DNA from: Camelus ferus
Taxonomy: Eukaryota
Length of the DNA stretch: 64,000 bases
Direction of reading: 5' to 3'
Assembly: GCF_009834535.1 (NCBI RefSeq)
Contig: NC_045696.1
Coordinates: 93,808,001 to 93,872,000 of the forward strand
The translations under genes and the position numbers were made by a program. Positions 61,592 to 64,000 of this stretch are shown here, piece by piece. The notes below the pieces were generated by a model. The model had not been told where the DNA came from and made no database searches. It saw only the letters and a program-made list of their open reading frames with translations. Each line of letters opens with the position of its first letter. Position 1 is the first letter of the stretch.

Positions 61592-62739
61592 GTACCTAAC
61601 ACCTACTTAGTTTACTGGCCTAAACCAAACAAACTTCGTATTTCCAAATTCTTATTAACTGAAAAATCTGTAAAAAATGTCCATAGCAAGGATCATTGGC
61701 CATAAAGACAAATGTGGTTGTTAAAAACAGAAGTGGGAAATTCTGATTAGACTTATTTCAATATTAAATATTATCTTTAATATTTTTAATATTTATGCTT
61801 TATTAGGTAATACATGCCTACTGTGAAAAAATGATGATACATAAGTAAATAAAACAGGCCATTAAAGGCTCTGACCTAATCCTGTTCTGTGGTCGTAACT
61901 GGAAGCAGGTTTTCCTTTGCTTATATGAACATATAAACACATATAATGTGTAAAAATTCTTCCTTTTTTTGTAAGTGGATCATTCAGTGCTTGTCTGTGA
62001 CTCGATTTTTTTTATTTACCACTATTTCCCCTTATAAATATAACATTCACTGGAAAAAAAAGTTTATTTTGCACCTGGTATGTGTCAGGTACTAGGGTTG
62101 CTAGCACTTAAGAGATACAGAATCCCTGTCCTCATAAAAGGACGGACACAGTAATTACAGACTGAGATCTTAAGGGAAAACACAACAACAAAACACGGGG
62201 AGTCGGGGATGAGACGGGCGGGAGCCAGAGGTCTTTCCCGAGAGGTCACTGAAGCTGAACGCTGAAGGAAAAGAGGGAGTTAGCACCCAAATCAAAGGAA
62301 TCAAGGGAGAACAGTGGTCCAGGCAGGCCGGGGTGAAAGCACGCAAGTTCTTACGGCCTGTGGATTATACCCTCGGTGCAAAGGGAAGCCACCAGCAGGC
62401 TTCAGCAGAGGAGTGATATGGCCCAATTTACGCTATGATCCCATGTGCTCTCCTCAAGGTATTTATTCAGTCCCTCAGTGATGAATCCTTAAACAGCTTT
62501 CAACTGCTTAACAGCTATTCCAGGTTTGCAGGGTATACCCGTCTTCAGTTACAGCATATCTTTAGGTCTGAACAGTCTGCAGAGTTCACTGATGCAGGGA
62601 CTGATGACTCCCCCGATCAAAGCTAGGAGCTGGAAATATCCTGGCTGGGCTTACGGGCAACTTGCACGTAAAATATCCTAAAAAGATTAAGACTGAGCAG
62701 AACAAAATCCAATCTGGCAGCCATTGTTCAGGACATTTT

Positions 62740-63580
62740 TATGATTTCTCTCGAAGAATGTGTTCCTAGTTCCCAAATCTGTGCTCCCAGACTTGGTCTG
62801 CTCCCTAAGCTCTACATCCTACTACCTGGAGGGTGTCTCTTCTTGGCTGTCCCACAGCCACCTCAAACTCAGAAAGGGAATGACCAAACCTGCACACCAC
62901 CTGCATCACCCCCCTCCCTGGCCCCACGTTCTCTCTGTCAGTAACCAATCCCAGCACCACCCACTTCCTTAAGCCAAAAAACCACCAGGTCCTCAGATGT
63001 CTCCCTCTCCTTTGTCCCCCACGTCCAAACGGTTCATAAAATCTCCTTAATGTCGCCATCCTGCCATCCATTCACAGTTTGCCCTGCCCCCCTGCACTCA
63101 GGCTCAAACCCCTCTCCCCTGATTATTGGTCTCCAAATTCCCTACCATCACTTCTGCCCTACCCTCCGCCGTCCTCCAAAGTAACACTCTCAGTCTTTCT
63201 AAGTTCAAATCTGATCATGAAACTCCTCAGCTTAAAATCCTGAAAAAGCCCCTCAAAGCAAGACCACTTAATTGATCCCTAAGCGCTCACTGATTTTATC
63301 CGGGGCCTCAGTCCTACCACATTTCTGGCCAAAGCACCACACTCTGTCCTGCCCCTCACAGTTTGCATGTGAGTTTCCATCTGCCTGAACACCCTTCACC
63401 CTACTCTGTCCCACGACTCATTATTATCTTCCTGTCTTTCAGGGGACTCATCTTGGGTACGACCTCTCTAAAAAGACTGGAGAGCAGAGATGGTGAGATT
63501 TCAAATTTGTAAGCTCAGAACCCAGCTCAGCACCCAGCTCAGCACCTAAGACGCAATGAACATTCAGCAAATGTTTCTGT
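62740..63580 (+). mobile_element. L2 LINE 3' region
   Basis: cacctcaaactcag...caaatctgatcatg...ttccatctgcctgaacaccctt... Confidence 0.65.
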
Positions 63581-64000
63581 GTAAACTGCCTTCAGAGATA
63601 ACTTAACAAGTCAATTAAAAAAAGTGGGGGGTGGGGGAAAATTCCTTTATAGTTATCCCACCTTAAAATGAAAGAGAAAAATGGCATTATCAAGTTTGGG
63701 TTAGCATCTTTATTTCCTAAACTTCTAAAAACCAATTCCATGAGCCACCACTCCAGAAGGCATACTGAAAACAAGAAAGTTCCCAAGATGTCTTAAGCAA
63801 TGAGATCATCAGTGGGCTCTATTTATTGACTATTTTGAAGGGACAAGCAGTAATTTGAATATGTGTGCTCGGGTGTATTTATTAAAATCAGTCTCAATAT
63901 ATTAAAGTTGTGCCTTCCTCCAGCATCTGTCAAAGCTTTATTAAATTTGGCTCACTGATTTTTTGTTTTAGGCCAAATGTACATGGCGGAAAAAAAGAGC

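Noticed and set aside
1..64000. CRISPR arrays, prokaryotic operons or defence systems, rRNA, snoRNA
   Set aside because: The sequence is clearly mammalian intron/exon DNA; I saw no repeat-spacer arrays or recognisable structural RNA genes.

Overview
Mammalian genomic DNA, most likely camelid, judged from two tRNA-derived SINEs that resemble the camelid Vic-1 type. The window holds the 3' ends of two convergently transcribed genes. On + are the last 10 coding exons of the G-quadruplex DEAH helicase DHX36 (2271-16044; tandem AATAAA at about 16.5 kb). On - are the last 6 coding exons of the RhoG GEF ARHGEF26/SGEF (60003-25028; end of DH, PH, SH3, C-terminal ETNV; about 2 kb 3'UTR). I translated all exons by hand: they have GT-AG boundaries and join in frame. 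Most of the rest is intron filled with L1, L2, MIR, MaLR/ERVL LTR and hAT/Tigger relics, and almost all entries in the ORF track are spurious. The most unusual observation is a stretch with no repeat I recognise, between the two genes (about 17.6-18.6 kb). It translates in one frame, with stops, into Cys-rich GCC2/3-like and EGF-like motifs and is followed by an exon-like segment with strong splice sites. It may be the fossil of a lost gene, but this is unverified. Repeat family names are by-eye recognition, not database results.
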